Source: Vicugna vicugna
Taxonomy: Eukaryota
Length of the DNA stretch: 64,000 bases
Reading direction: 5' to 3'
Assembly (NCBI GenBank): GCA_013265495.1
Contig: MU058213.1
Span: forward strand, 682,001 to 746,000
Shown: piece after piece, positions 63,037 through 64,000 of the stretch
Numbering within the stretch: the stretch's first letter is position 1
How the letters are laid out: each line of letters begins with the position of its first letter
Notes under the pieces: model-generated
What the model was told of the DNA's origin: nothing
Database searches by the model: none
What the model saw: the letters and a program-made list of their open reading frames with translations, nothing else
Position numbers and translations under genes: made by a program

Positions 63037-63816
63037 TTAATACAGGGCAATAGACTATATGCAGACTTTCTCACTCCCACAAACTTTTCAAAGTATTTTC
63101 CTCTAGCAGTATCGTACGTTGTAATTTCCCCTTCAACTTTGACTTTGAAGATTTTCAAATGTACAATAAAATTGAAAAAAATTAGTACAAAGAAGCCCCA
63201 GACCCTTTCGCACAGGTTCACTAACTTAACATTTTGGTGTATTTGCCATGGGAGCAAACTTGGGACCATTTGAACACAAGTTGCAGACATGACATATTAC
63301 ATCTAAATACTTCAATTTGCAAATTCACATCACCTAAAAATAAGAATGTTCTTCTATGATCACAAACTCATGATTACATCTGAGAAAACTAACAAAGATT
63401 CTACAACACCACGTAACACCGCATTCAGTCTTTCCCAACTGTCTCCAGGATCCAGGGCCCAATTAGGTACACACATTACATTCTGTTTTTATATCTTTTT
63501 AAGATCTTTTAATGAAGAACAGACACATTTTGCTGTCGCTCATGACTAGAGATCTTAGGTCAGTTAGTTGTCTTACAAATGTCACACACTCTGGATTTGT
63601 CACACTGTTTCTTAATGGTTGTATGCAAGCGTAACACTTGTAGTAATAATATAAGTGTGGTATATAAAGGTGAGATTGTGCACTTCTTTTCCACCGCTTT
63701 ACTTTAAGGGGCTTGCAATGCCTTTAGCCCCAAGTCTGATGATGCCAACTTTGATTACTTGGTTAAAGTGGGAACCACGATATCTCTCCATGGTAAAGAT
63801 GATCTGTTTGTAATTA

Positions 63817-64000
63817 GAGGCATACCTTGTTTTACTGTGCTTCACTTTATTGCATTTTTTTAAAAAAATTGAAGATTTGTGGTAATCCTGTGTCAAGCAA
63901 GTCTACCAAGTGCCATTTTTCCAACAGCATTTGCTCAGTTCGTGTCTCTGTGTCACTTTGGTAATTCTCACAATGTTTCAAATGTTTTCATTACTGTTAT
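63817..64000 (+). mobile_element. Tigger1-like DNA transposon 5' end
   Basis: TA followed by GAGGCATACCTTGTTTTACTGTGCTTCACTTTATTGC..AAATTGAAGATTTGTGG..GCCATTTTTCCAACAGCAT. Confidence 0.8.

Overview
Mammalian genomic DNA, most likely camelid (several copies of a tRNA-Ala-like SINE resembling the camelid Vic-1 family, plus cetartiodactyl-type L1 3' ends). The right half is the BCL2L10-GNB5 locus, both genes on the minus strand: BCL2L10 is complete (2 coding exons, 182 aa) and the last 7 coding exons of GNB5 are present. The left half has no intact host gene. It holds a nested LTR cluster with a 3'-truncated class I provirus (tRNA-Thr PBS, decayed pre-gag ORF, gag matrix), a ~5 kb diverged ~32-bp satellite with an internal inversion, and an adjoining array of ~1.4-kb L1-3'-end units that share a junction and switch orientation. 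A near-intact PSMG3 retrocopy with its own CpG-rich 5' end is inserted into that array. Further along are more L1s and an old CCT4 processed pseudogene. The 400-N gap has duplicated flanks and is probably an unmerged overlap. The most unusual element is the composite satellite / L1-macrosatellite / retrocopy island at ~12.6-24.1 kb. Repeat family names come from recall of consensus sequences, not from a search.
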